A DNA stretch of 64,000 nucleotides, taken from the NCBI GenBank assembly GCA_039820945.1, contig JBCBPC010000014.1:2182-66181 (forward strand). Reading direction: 5' to 3'. This stretch comes from Planctomycetota bacterium. GTDB lineage: Bacteria > Planctomycetota > Planctomycetia > Pirellulales > Lacipirellulaceae. Made by a program: the position numbers and the translations under genes. Shown piece by piece: positions 26,728 to 37,781 of the stretch. How positions within the stretch are numbered: position 1 is the first letter of the stretch; each line of letters opens with the position of its first letter. The notes under the pieces are model-generated. The model worked only from the letters and a program-made list of their open reading frames with translations, ran no database searches and was not told where the DNA came from.

Positions 26728-27858
26728 ATGCTGCTGGCCCTGTCGCTCGTCTGCTTGTTCTTCGCCGCGTTGCCGGCGTGGTTCTACTTCCGCAACACGC
26801 AGGTGTACGGGGTCGCCCCACCGGCGAGCGAGGCGCCCGCCGGGGCCGGCGTCTCCGTGCTGATCCCGGCGCGTGACGAAGAAGCGAACGTCGACGGCGT
26901 GGTCGAGTCCGTCCTCGCGGCGGCGGAGGGGCCGACACCGGTGTCCGTCGAGGTGCTGCTGCTAGACGACGCTTCCACGGACCGTACCGCGGAGCTCGTG
27001 ACGGCGTGGAACGCCCGCGACGGACGCGTCCGGCTGCTCAGCGGCAAGCCATTGCCCGACGGCTGGAACGGCAAGCAGCACGCGTGCCAGCAGCTGGCCG
27101 ACGCCGCGACGCACGACACCATCGTCTGGATCGACGCCGACGTGCGGCTCGAAATCGGAGCCCTGCCGCGGCTGCTCGCCGAGCACGCCCGCACGGGCGC
27201 CGACCTGCTGAGCGGCTTCCCCCGGCAGGTCACACGGACGCCGCTCGAGCAGCAGCTGCTGCCGCTGATCCAGTTCGTACTGCTCGGCTTTCTGTCGCTG
27301 CGGGCGATGCGTTCCGACCCGCAGCCCGGCTTCGCCGCCGGTTGCGGGCAGCTGTTCCTGACGACCAAAGCGGCTTACGCCCAGTCGGGCGGCCACGCGG
27401 CGATCCGCTCGTCGCGGCACGACGGCATCACGCTGCCGCGTGCGTACCGCAAGGCGGGCCTGACGACCGACGTGTTCGACGCGACCGACGTCGCCCGCTG
27501 CCGCATGTACGACGGCGCCGGGGCCGTGTGGCGGGGCCTGACGAAGAACGCCGACGAGGGCGTCGCGAAGCCGGGGCTCATCGTCCCGGTGACCGCGGCG
27601 TTGCTGTTCGGCCAGGTGTTGTGGCTGCCGCTGCTGTTCGTGGGCGGAGCGACCACAGCGATCGCCGGCGTGGCGGCGGCGTTGTCGCTTGCGCCGCGGG
27701 CCGACGCGGCGTGGCGTTTCCGTCAGCCCCGGCTCGCATGGCTGCTGCACCCGTTGGCGATCGTGCTGTTCCTGGTCATCCAGTGGGAAGCCTTGGTGCG
27801 TTCCCTCTTGGGGCGGCAGGTGACGTGGCGTGGCCGCCCGGCCGCGACCGTGGAGTAG
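26728..27858 (+). CDS. family 2 glycosyltransferase, membrane-bound
   Basis: GVSVLIPARDEEANVDGVVESVL...LLLDDASTDRT, with several TM segments. ATG 26728 is chosen because the upstream part of ORF 26638 merely translates the family A hairpin. Confidence 0.8.
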   Translation: MLLALSLVCLFFAALPAWFYFRNTQVYGVAPPASEAPAGAGVSVLIPARDEEANVDGVVESVLAAAEGPTPVSVEVLLLDDASTDRTAELVTAWNARDGRVRLLSGKPLPDGWNGKQHACQQLADAATHDTIVWIDADVRLEIGALPRLLAEHARTGADLLSGFPRQVTRTPLEQQLLPLIQFVLLGFLSLRAMRSDPQPGFAAGCGQLFLTTKAAYAQSGGHAAIRSSRHDGITLPRAYRKAGLTTDVFDATDVARCRMYDGAGAVWRGLTKNADEGVAKPGLIVPVTAALLFGQVLWLPLLFVGGATTAIAGVAAALSLAPRADAAWRFRQPRLAWLLHPLAIVLFLVIQWEALVRSLLGRQVTWRGRPAATVE

Positions 27859-27865
27859 CCGGCCG

Positions 27866-28111
27866 ATGAACGACGACGCGTACGACGATTTCGATGAGGA
27901 CTCGGAGCTCGAGGAGCTGATCGTCTGCCCGGAGTGCCGCGCCGAGCTTCACGCCGACGCCGAAGCGTGCCCGGAGTGCGGCTACTGGATCACCGAGGCC
28001 GATCGCTCGGCCGCTTGGAATGCCGGCTCGACCACCGGCGTGATCAAGACGATCGGCTTCGTGCTCGTCGCGGTCGCCGCTCTCGCGTGGCTCGTGCTGT
28101 CGCTCGGGTAG
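27866..28111 (+). CDS. small zinc-ribbon membrane protein
   Basis: Acidic N-terminus, CPEC...CPEC, then one TM helix (VIKTIGFVLVAVAALAWLVLSLG). Starts 8 nt after the GT2 stop. Confidence 0.55.
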   Translation: MNDDAYDDFDEDSELEELIVCPECRAELHADAEACPECGYWITEADRSAAWNAGSTTGVIKTIGFVLVAVAALAWLVLSLG

Positions 28112-28112
28112 C

Positions 28113-29306
28113 TCAGCCGTCGCCGCCGATCACTTCGTTGCCCGCCACGGTGCTCATCGCCATGAACCAGCCCCAACGGTTGAGCACCTCTTGGTCGCCG
28201 GGATTGCGCGGGTTGGGAACGTCGCCGACGTCGCTCGGGTTGATCTCGGCGTAGCCCGTGCGGCTGTTGATGATCGACTCGCAGTGCCCGTCGAGGAAGA
28301 CGAAGTTCGTCACGCCCGGGTGATTGCCGCCGCCGAACGACTTCGTGCCGCTCTGACGCCACGGTCGCGTGTCGGGCGAGACAGGGAAGTCGTCCCACGT
28401 GGTCGCCATGCCGTCTTCGCTGCCACGCATCACCACACGCAGATTATCGCCCGACAGGAAGCAGGTGTCGGCGATCGCCGTGCTCCGCTGCGCCTCGTCC
28501 CAGTCGCCCTCGAGTCGGGGGATGTGCCGCTCGCCCACCAGCAGCGTCTGCGAGAGCCCGTCGGTCACCCGGCGGGCGGGCACTTTCGAGTTGCTGAAGA
28601 TCGGGCCAACGAGCGACAGGTCGGGGTGCCACGTGACGAAGTCGATCTCGTCGCTGTCGTTGTCGCCGCCCTGGGCCTGGCCTTCTTCGTAGTCGTTCTC
28701 TTCCATGCCCATGTCTTCTTCCAAGCCGGCGTTCGCGGCGTAGTCTCCGCGGACCGCGACGCCGCGTGGCTCGCCGTTGGCGCCGGCGCCCTGGCCGTTG
28801 TTGGTGAAGTCGGCGGTCGGCTCCGCCGTGCCACGGCTCGGGCAGACGTACACACTGATGCCCACACGCATGGCGCCGGCGTTCTCCTCGGCGTGCACGG
28901 GGAAGTCGGGGTTGTGAGCGTCGTGAACCGCCTGCTCGCCCAGTTGCGGCAGGATCGTGTAGGTCCAAGCCAGGCTGAACTCGTCAGTGCCTGTCCGTCC
29001 GTTGGGGAAGTGGCCAACGAGGTCGTGATAGTTTTGCACCGCCAGGCCGATCTGGCGCAGCTGGTTGGTGCACTGCGTCCGCCGGGCGGCTTCGCGGGCC
29101 GCCTGCACCGCCGGCAGCAGTAGGGCCACCAGGATGCCGATGATGGCGATCACCACCAGCAGCTCGACGAGCGTGAACGCGGTGGGCTGACCGGAAGTGT
29201 TGCGGAGAACGCTTTTCGGCCGGAACGGGGCTGGCGAGGGCGGCACAGGGAGGCCTCCGTCTTTCTCGGGGCTGATGGGGCAGGGCAAGCGTCGGGGGAG
29301 CGGCAT
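28113..29306 (-). CDS. DUF1559 (H-X9-DG) protein with prepilin-type N-terminal domain
   Basis: [73 protein letters not shown]. Confidence 0.9.
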   Translation of the reverse strand: MPLPRRLPCPISPEKDGGLPVPPSPAPFRPKSVLRNTSGQPTAFTLVELLVVIAIIGILVALLLPAVQAAREAARRTQCTNQLRQIGLAVQNYHDLVGHFPNGRTGTDEFSLAWTYTILPQLGEQAVHDAHNPDFPVHAEENAGAMRVGISVYVCPSRGTAEPTADFTNNGQGAGANGEPRGVAVRGDYAANAGLEEDMGMEENDYEEGQAQGGDNDSDEIDFVTWHPDLSLVGPIFSNSKVPARRVTDGLSQTLLVGERHIPRLEGDWDEAQRSTAIADTCFLSGDNLRVVMRGSEDGMATTWDDFPVSPDTRPWRQSGTKSFGGGNHPGVTNFVFLDGHCESIINSRTGYAEINPSDVGDVPNPRNPGDQEVLNRWGWFMAMSTVAGNEVIGGDG

Positions 29307-29396
29307 TGCAAACGCCGCGCCCCGGGCACCCTAGGGGTTCGCCGCAAAAGACAAAGCGGATGCAGCCGGCGGGCGCCGACACTCGGCACGGCGCGG

Positions 29397-30568
29397 CTAC
29401 GCCGTTTCCCACCGCATTGCCAGCACGCGGGCCGCGATCAGCAGCACCGCCGCCGAGGCGGTCATCACGGCTAGCTCCGGCCACAGCTCCTGCGTCGGCA
29501 GGTCGCGCCAGAAGAGCTTCGTGTAGCCGTCGATCGCCCAGGCGTTGAACGTCACCCGGCCGAGCTGCTGCATGGTGTCGCTCATGATGTAGCGCGGCAC
29601 CATGCTGCCGCCAAGCGCCGACATCGTCAGCACCAAAATGACCGACACCGCGTTGAGCTGCGCCCGGGTGCGGCACGCGGCGGCCAGGGCCAACGCCAAC
29701 GCCGCCGCGGCGGCCGCCGTGGCGAGTGTCAGCAGCACGAAGCCGTCCCAGCGCCGCACGACGTTCAGCTCGAACACCAGCTGCGCCCACGCGAACATCA
29801 CGACCACCTGGCCGACGCCCACCAGCCACAGCTGCAGCCACTTGCCGAGCAGCACATGGGTCATGCCGAGCCGCGAGGCGAGCAGCCGTTCGAGCGTCTG
29901 ATTTTCTTCCTCTTCCAGCAGCGACCCGGCCGAGCCCGTTGCGCTGAACAGCAGGAACATCACCGCGATGCCCGCGGCGTACATCGAGATGGTCGGGTTC
30001 GCCTTGCCCGCGGTGAACAGGTCGATCACCTCCACCGGCGGCGGTTTCGCAGCGGCGGGGGTGTTGGGCGCCATGCCGGGCGGCGCCCCCGCGGGGCGGG
30101 GCGGGGCGAGCGTCTTGCCGAGCGTCTCTTGCACCAACGCGGTCATCACCTTCGGGCCGACCTGGTCCGACGAATCGGCCAGCACGAACAGCTTGCCGGG
30201 CGTGCCGGTCCGCAGCGAATCGCCCCACCCCTCGGGCGCAACGATCGCCACCGTCGCCTGGCCACGGACGACCGTGTCGCGGGCCACGTCGAGCGCGTCG
30301 GGCCCGGCCGCGTTGCGTCCTTCGACCACGCGGATCGCCTCGGAGTCGGCCAGCCGGCTCATCACGTCCTTGGAACGCTCGCTGCCGTCCAGGTCGGTCA
30401 GCAGCGTCTTGATCTTCGCGGCCCGGCCGGAGCCGACACCGCCGGTGAAGATCAACGCAAAGATCGTGAAGAACGCCACGGGCACGACGAACGTCAGCAG
30501 CAGCTCGAGCTTGCCGTGCCACAGCCGCCGCAGGCCGATCATCGCGACCTCGATCACCAGCCGAGTGT

Positions 30569-30572
<4 letters not shown>
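29397..30572 (-). CDS. ABC-2 type transporter permease
   Basis: N-terminal TM, large extracytoplasmic loop, then a C-terminal cluster of five TM helices. The ATG overlaps the ATPase stop (ATGA). Confidence 0.8.
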
Positions 30573-31570
<998 letters not shown>

Positions 31571-31788
31571 TCGCAGCGAGTCGCCTTGCTTGGGGGCCGT
31601 AACGGGAACAGCGGCGCCGCAACGCCGCGGCTGATCATGGCGGGTGAGAACCACTATCGTAGGGCGAGCCGGGCGATCCCGCACCGCGGATTGCGGCGGT
31701 CACCGCCCCTTTGCAGCCGTCATATCTTGCCCATCTCGCCGGGGTTCGGCGTGTAGCGGCTCCCCCTTGTTCGCAATCGCCGCCCCGG

Positions 31789-33674
31789 ATGTCCTTCGTC
31801 GCCGCCGCTGAGTACTTCGACCAGCTGCAGCGTTGGCTCGACCTGGAGGCCGTGGCCGAGCGAGAGCGGATGGCCCAGCGTCGCCGCCGCGAGCGGAGCG
31901 GCTCCCCCGAACGCTCGGGCGAGACGCTCATCAATCTGCGTGTCGCGGACCATCGCACGGGCCTCGCCGGGCGGCTGCTGGTCGACTTCACGAAGCCCGG
32001 CAAGGAGCCGCTGCCGATGAACCGGCTGAAGGTGGGCTCGCCGGTTGTCGTCTCGCCGGACGGCGATGCGGACGCCTCCGGCCGGCCGGGAGTCGTCTCG
32101 GCCCGCAAGCCAGGCTCGATCCAGGTCGCCCTGGACGACTGGCCCGAGGGCCGCCTGCAGCGGATCGACCTGTGCCCCGACGAGCGGACGAGGCTTCGCC
32201 AGGCGTCCGCCATCGCCAGAGCGCGGCTGCTGGACGGCGCCGCCCGGTCGCTCCGCGAACGGCTGCTCGGGCTCGACGAGCCACGGTTCGTCGGCCAGAC
32301 GCCCGTCGACTTCGCCACGACACTCAACCCGCCGCAAGAAGACGCGGTGCGGTTCGCCCTGTCGGCACGCGACTACGCGATCGTCCACGGGCCGCCCGGC
32401 ACCGGCAAGACGACCACGCTCGCGGAGATCGTCTTCCAAGCCGTCCGCGGCGGGGCGAAGGTGCTGGCGTGCGCGCCGAGTAACACGGCGGTCGACAACC
32501 TGCTGGAAAAGCTCGTCGGCCTGATGCCGTCGGTCATCCGTGTCGGCCACCCGGCCCGGGTGTTCGAGGCCCTCCGCGGCCACACGCTCGACGAGCTGGT
32601 GGAGAACGACGAGGCGTCGGCCATCGTCCGCGACATGCACCGCGAGGCGGACCGTTTGCTGCGTTCGGCCGACAAGCCGTCGCGCTCGCGCGAGGCGCAC
32701 CGCCGACGCCGCGAGCTGCGTGCGGAGGCGCGGGAGCTCCGCCAATCGGCCAAGATGCTCGAGCGGAACACGATCCAGCAGGTGCTCTCCTCGGCCGACG
32801 TGGTGTGCACCACGCTGACGATCGACGAAGAGCTGCTCGGCGATCGGCGGTTCGACCTAGTGGTGATCGACGAGGCGTGCCAGGCCACTGAGCCGGCGAT
32901 CTGGCAGGCGGTGCTGCGGGGCGAGCGGATCATCTTCGCCGGCGACCACTGCCAGCTGCCCCCACGGTGCTCTCCGCCGACGCGAAGCGCGAGGGTCTCG
33001 GTGTGAGCCCCATGGAGCGGCTCGTGTCGTATGGCGGGGCCGACGTCTATCGCCGGCTCACGGTGCAGTACCGCATGAACGAACGGCTGATGCGTTTCTC
33101 GAGCGAGCGGTTCTACGACGGCGAGCTCGTGGCCGACGCGTCGGTCCGCTCCAGGCGGGTGACGGACCTGGCCGGCGTGAAGGGCGCCCTCACCGACGCG
33201 CCGACGCTCGAGTTCTGGGACACCGCCGGCGCCGGGTGGGACGAAGAGAAGGAGCCCGACGGCGAGAGCCGCCGCAACCCCCGCGAGGCCACCTGGGTGG
33301 TGAACCAGGTCCGCGAGCTGCTGGAGGCCGGCCTGGAGCCGGCGCAGATCGGCGTCGTCGCCCCGTACGCCGCGCAGGCCCGGCTGCTCCGCGGCCGCCT
33401 GCAGACGCCGGGCCTGGAGGTCGACACCGTCGATGGCTTCCAAGGCCGTGAGAAGGAGGCGCTGCTCATCACCTTCGTCCGCAGCAACGCGGACGGCGAG
33501 ATCGGCTTCTTGGCCGACACCCGCCGCACGAACGTGGCGTTGACCCGCGCCCGCAGCCTGCTGCGGGCGATTGGTGATAGCGCGACGCTCGGCGGCAACG
33601 AATTCTACGCCGCGATGCTCGACGACGTGCAGCAGCACGGCGAGTACCACACGGTGTGGGAGCTCGGCGAGTAG
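31789..33674 (+). pseudogene. Upf1/IGHMBP2-like superfamily-1B helicase, reading frame broken at C5 run 32959-32963
   Basis: GPPGTGKTTT, VVIDEACQ, GDHCQLPP, then a frame change, then TVLSADAKREGLGVSPMERL, VQYRMN, TVDGFQGREKEALLITFVRSN, RRTNVALTRAR. Confidence 0.8.
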
Positions 33675-33683
33675 CGACCCGGC

Positions 33684-34025
33684 CTACTGCTGCGCTTGCC
33701 GCTGGGCCCGCCAGCGGAGGCTCTGGCGGTTCAGCAGGGCGACCGTGTCTTCGCCCTCGATGAGCATCCGCTCGCCTGTGTCCACCGCGACGCGGAGCTT
33801 AGCCGTCGAGAGCTGCTTGTACGCCCGCAAACGGCGGTCGAGGTGGTCGTACCAGCACCCGCCGCAGGCGTGGTCCAGCGCGATCCGCATGAAGCAATGG
33901 TCTTCCCGCACCCGCCACGCGCCCGACCGGGCGGCCTGCGGCAGCAGCTCGCGCGTCAGCTCCAGGTACCGCTCCTGCAGCAGGTAGCGGTCGTCGCTTG
34001 CCAGCGGATCGGGCTCGTCTTCCAT
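33684..34025 (-). CDS. conserved hypothetical protein (HCF.RI.LD..CGG.WYD motif)
   Basis: Coding-like composition, convergent with the helicase. Family not recognised with confidence. ATG 34025 (MEDEPDPL) or 34061. Confidence 0.5.
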   Translation of the reverse strand: MEDEPDPLASDDRYLLQERYLELTRELLPQAARSGAWRVREDHCFMRIALDHACGGCWYDHLDRRLRAYKQLSTAKLRVAVDTGERMLIEGEDTVALLNRQSLRWRAQRQAQQ

Positions 34026-34128
34026 CCTGTCATGCTCACCGCACCCGTGTGGGCGGATCAACCGCGAGTGTTCGGTGTCCGCTGCGGGGGGCGTACGCCA
34101 CGCGACGCGCCTGCGTTACGATCGGGTC

Positions 34129-35472
34129 ATGCCTAGCGATGGCTCGCAGAACGAACGACGTGAACTCTGGCGGATGCCCCGCCCGGAGCTTGAAGCCCTG
34201 CAGCTCGAGCGGCTGAACCATCTGCTCGCCATCGCGACGCTGTCCAGCGAACTGTATCGGCAAAAGCTCGGCCCCGAGCCGCCCCGGTTCGACTCGCTGG
34301 CGTCGGCGGCCGACCTGCCGCTGACCAGCAAGGAAGAGCTCCAGCACGCCGCCGAGCGTGACGCCTGGCGAACGGAGCCCGACGTCAACTACGTGCGTCG
34401 GCACGAGACCTCCGGCACGCGCGGCAAGCCCATGGAGGTGCTCGATACGGCCGACGACTGGCGTTGGTGGATCGACACCTGGCGCCACGTTTTAGACGCC
34501 GCGGCCGTGGGGCCGGGCGACCGGGCGATGCTGGCGTTCTCGTTCGGGCCGTTCATCGGCTTCTGGAGTGCCTTCGACGCGTGCGTCGCGCACGGCGTGC
34601 GGGTGATCCCCGGCGGCGGGCTCAGCAGCAAAGCCCGCGGCGACTTGCTCGTCCGCGGCGGCGCCACGGTGCTGCTCGCCACGCCGACCTACGCTTTGCA
34701 CCTCGCCGATGAGATCGGCCCCGCCGCGGCCGCGTCGCCCGTGAAGACGGTGCTGCTGGCCGGCGAGCCCGGCGGCAGCCTGCCGGAGACCCGCGCCCGC
34801 CTGGAGGCGGCGTGGGACGCGGAGGTGGTCGACCACGCCGGCGCCACCGAGGTGGGCCCGTGGGGCTTCGGAGACACGCGGCTGAGCCCGATGTCCGGCG
34901 CGGCCATCGGCCCCGGGCTGCGGATCATCGAGACCGAGTTCTGGGCCGAGTTCCTGTCGGTCGAAACCGGCAAGCCGGCCGGCCCGGGCGAGCTGTCGCA
35001 TCTCGTGCTCACGCCGCTGGGGCGCCACGGTTCGCCGGTCATCCGCTATCGCACCGGCGACCTGGTGCGGCCCGAGTGGCTGACGGGTCCAACGGGTTCA
35101 ACGGGACCAACGGGGCCGATCGAGCCGGGGGGTTGCGGCTTCGTCCGCCTCGCCGGCGGCGTGCTCGGCCGGGCCGACGACATGATGGTCGTGCGGGGCG
35201 TGAACCTTTTCCCCTCGTCGATCGAGCGGGTGCTGCGTAGCTTCCCCGAGGTAACCGAGCACCGCGTGACGGTCACCAAGCGGGGGCAGATGGACGAGGT
35301 CGTCGTCGAGGTCGAGGACCGGCTGCAGCAGCCGGCGCGGATCGCCGACGAGCTCCGGTCGAGGCTGGGGCTGCGGATCGACGTCCGCCTGGCGCCGCTG
35401 ATGAGCCTGCCCCGCAGCGAGGGGAAGAGCCGCCGATTCGTCGACCGGCGCAACGCTGTGACCGACGTTTGA
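34129..35472 (+). CDS. phenylacetate-CoA ligase (PaaK/F390 synthetase) family adenylating enzyme
   Basis: ELWRMPRPELEALQLERLNHLL...SELYRQKLG...DLPLTSKEEL...HETSGTRGKPM...DDWRWW. Confidence 0.8.
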   Translation: MPSDGSQNERRELWRMPRPELEALQLERLNHLLAIATLSSELYRQKLGPEPPRFDSLASAADLPLTSKEELQHAAERDAWRTEPDVNYVRRHETSGTRGKPMEVLDTADDWRWWIDTWRHVLDAAAVGPGDRAMLAFSFGPFIGFWSAFDACVAHGVRVIPGGGLSSKARGDLLVRGGATVLLATPTYALHLADEIGPAAAASPVKTVLLAGEPGGSLPETRARLEAAWDAEVVDHAGATEVGPWGFGDTRLSPMSGAAIGPGLRIIETEFWAEFLSVETGKPAGPGELSHLVLTPLGRHGSPVIRYRTGDLVRPEWLTGPTGSTGPTGPIEPGGCGFVRLAGGVLGRADDMMVVRGVNLFPSSIERVLRSFPEVTEHRVTVTKRGQMDEVVVEVEDRLQQPARIADELRSRLGLRIDVRLAPLMSLPRSEGKSRRFVDRRNAVTDV

Positions 35473-35489
35473 GACCGAGACCGAGATCG

Positions 35490-35825
35490 ATGAGCCAAGC
35501 CACCGCTAGCCCGACCGCCCTCAGCCGCGTCGACGACTCCCGGCTCCGCATCGCGTGGAGCGACGGCGCCGAGCGTGAGTATCGGGCGACCGATCTCCGC
35601 GATGCGTGCCCGTGCGCCTCTTGCCGCGAGAAGCGCAAGGCGCCGGCGCCCCCGCCGACGCAGCTGCCGGTGCTGTCCGCCGCCGAGGCCCGGCCGATCA
35701 CGATCGCCGGCATGACGCCCGTGGGAGCGTACGCCTACCGCATCGAGTTCGGCGACGGCCACAACACCGGCCTCTTCAGCCTCGAGCTGCTCCGCTCGCT
35801 GGGCGAGGACGTCGGGGCCGGTTAG
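35490..35825 (+). CDS. DUF971 domain protein
   Basis: LRIAWSDGAEREYRATDLRDACPCASC...PVGAYAYRIEFGDGHNTGLFSLELL. Confidence 0.7.
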   Translation: MSQATASPTALSRVDDSRLRIAWSDGAEREYRATDLRDACPCASCREKRKAPAPPPTQLPVLSAAEARPITIAGMTPVGAYAYRIEFGDGHNTGLFSLELLRSLGEDVGAG

Positions 35826-35860
35826 ACCGGGCTCCTCTCGGCAGCCGTGCTACTCGCGTC

Positions 35861-37753
35861 TTACTCAACAGCGACGGGTGCTTCGGCGGGCGTTGCTTGG
35901 GCTTCCGCGTTGGCTGCGTCGAGGGCGGCGGACTCTTCGACGGGCGGCTCTTCGACGAGCGATTCCTTGATGGCCGGCTCATCGATTGTCGACTCTGCCG
36001 CGGTCGAATCCGCTACCGCCTCGGTTTCGCCAACGACCGCGGCGTCTTGGTCGGCGGTCGGCTCATCAGCCGCGACGTTATCAACTGAGACGTCATCGCC
36101 GGCGACGTTATTACCGGCGTCGATGCCAAAGCTCGGCAGCCCCGGCGGCAGCGGATCACCGCTCATCGAGTCGGCGCCGGGGTCCTGCGAGTCTTCTTCT
36201 GGCTCCTTCGCCGAGATGACCTGATCCCGGCCGAGCCGGATCTTCGTGTAGACCTCGTTCGAGATCACGTAGTACCAGTCGCCGAACCGGGCGTTGAGCG
36301 CATCGACCCGCTCGCGGGCGGCCTTGAGCTTCGACTGATACTCGTCGAGCGCCGACTGATTCTTCGCCTCGATCTCCTTGCGCTCGGCGATCAGTGCCTC
36401 GAGTTCGTCGTCGCCGCTGGCTCCCTCGGTTGAGTCGTCGGCCTCGGCCTCGGGGTCAGTGGAGTTCTCCGCCGCGGACGCTTCCTCGGTCTCGCCGCCG
36501 TCGGCGGCTTCGTCGGCCCCTGCTGGAAGCTCCGGCAGGTCGTCCAGCTCTGGCTTCGCGACCAGCGCTTCGTTCACGCGAGCGCTGACGAACAGGTAGC
36601 GGTTGACGCCGCTTGACTCGTCCTTATCGGCGCCTTCGGCTTCGGCGTCGCCGGTGGCTTCTTCCTCAGAAACCTGCAGGTCGCCGAACCTCAGCACGTA
36701 CTCCACCCCGGTCTTGAGCGAGCACACGACCTCGCCCTCAGTGGAGAGGATCTCGGTCTGGCCGTCGGCCATCGGCACGGGCGCGAAGCCGCGCCGCACG
36801 AGGCTCGCGACCGACTCGTTGTTCTTCAAGAAGTCCTCGCCCGCGCGGAGGTCGGCGCTCAGGCCGGCCGGCTTGGTCTCCACGTCGACGATCCGCAGGT
36901 CGTCCAGCGCGCTTTTGAGGTCGCCCAACGCGTCGGCGTTCAGCTCCTCCTCAGCGGTGAGCTCGAACGGCACAAAGTCTTTCGTCTCACCGTCGAACGC
37001 GAGCAGCTCGCCGGGGACCCACTTCGAGTCCTCGTCGTCGTAGACGAGCGTCATGTCGCTGCGGCGGTCCCAGTTGATGGACGCCTGGAAGCCACGCATC
37101 ACGAGCTCCGCCGTGTAGTCCTGGATCTGCACCCGCTGGATGTCCCACGGGCTGAGGTCGAGCAGGTCGTCCTCGATCCAGTCTTCGAACTTGGTCGAGA
37201 GACTCTCGTCGTCGATCTCGACGACGTACACGACGTCCTGATTCGCCCGGCGGACGTAGCGTTGGTCCGGCTCGTCCTTCACTTCCTTGCCGATGATCAG
37301 GTCCACCAACGCGGAGCCGTCGCTCTTGGCGAGTGTGACCCGCTTGCCCACGCCGCGCTGGCCGACGGTCAGGCTCGGCGAGGGCTCAACGACGCCGTAG
37401 TCCTCGTGGTCGGCGGCGCTCTGACTGACGATCGACAGGATCTCGCGGTCCATCACCGCCGTGGCGGCCTCGGCCATCTGTTGATCGGCGTCGGCCGGGT
37501 AGTCGCCCTGCGAGGGGATCGACCACACGCCGCCCTCCTCGGCCACCTCGAACTCACGGAGCGTGGCGGTGTCTTCGTTGAAGGCGAGGATCTTGAGCGA
37601 CTTCGCCTCCTCGGCCTGGAACGCCTTGGTGAGCGGCTTGCCGATCAGGTCGCTCACCTCGTAGGTGGCGTCCGACGGCCGCGTCAACACGGCGATCGCC
37701 ACCGCGGCCGCCGCGGCGCCTAAGAAGCAAAGCGTTTGCGAGCTTTCTTTCAT
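35861..37753 (-). CDS. DUF4340-like protein with long acidic C-terminal tail
   Basis: N-terminal anchor MKESSQTLCFLGAAAAAVAIAVL, then ...KILAFNEDTATLREFEV. It sits downstream of the GldF/GldG-type gene, as is usual for DUF4340. Confidence 0.7.
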   Translation of the reverse strand: MKESSQTLCFLGAAAAAVAIAVLTRPSDATYEVSDLIGKPLTKAFQAEEAKSLKILAFNEDTATLREFEVAEEGGVWSIPSQGDYPADADQQMAEAATAVMDREILSIVSQSAADHEDYGVVEPSPSLTVGQRGVGKRVTLAKSDGSALVDLIIGKEVKDEPDQRYVRRANQDVVYVVEIDDESLSTKFEDWIEDDLLDLSPWDIQRVQIQDYTAELVMRGFQASINWDRRSDMTLVYDDEDSKWVPGELLAFDGETKDFVPFELTAEEELNADALGDLKSALDDLRIVDVETKPAGLSADLRAGEDFLKNNESVASLVRRGFAPVPMADGQTEILSTEGEVVCSLKTGVEYVLRFGDLQVSEEEATGDAEAEGADKDESSGVNRYLFVSARVNEALVAKPELDDLPELPAGADEAADGGETEEASAAENSTDPEAEADDSTEGASGDDELEALIAERKEIEAKNQSALDEYQSKLKAARERVDALNARFGDWYYVISNEVYTKIRLGRDQVISAKEPEEDSQDPGADSMSGDPLPPGLPSFGIDAGNNVAGDDVSVDNVAADEPTADQDAAVVGETEAVADSTAAESTIDEPAIKESLVEEPPVEESAALDAANAEAQATPAEAPVAVE

Positions 37754-37781
37754 CGGTCTTGCTGAGTGCGACGTTTAGTTA

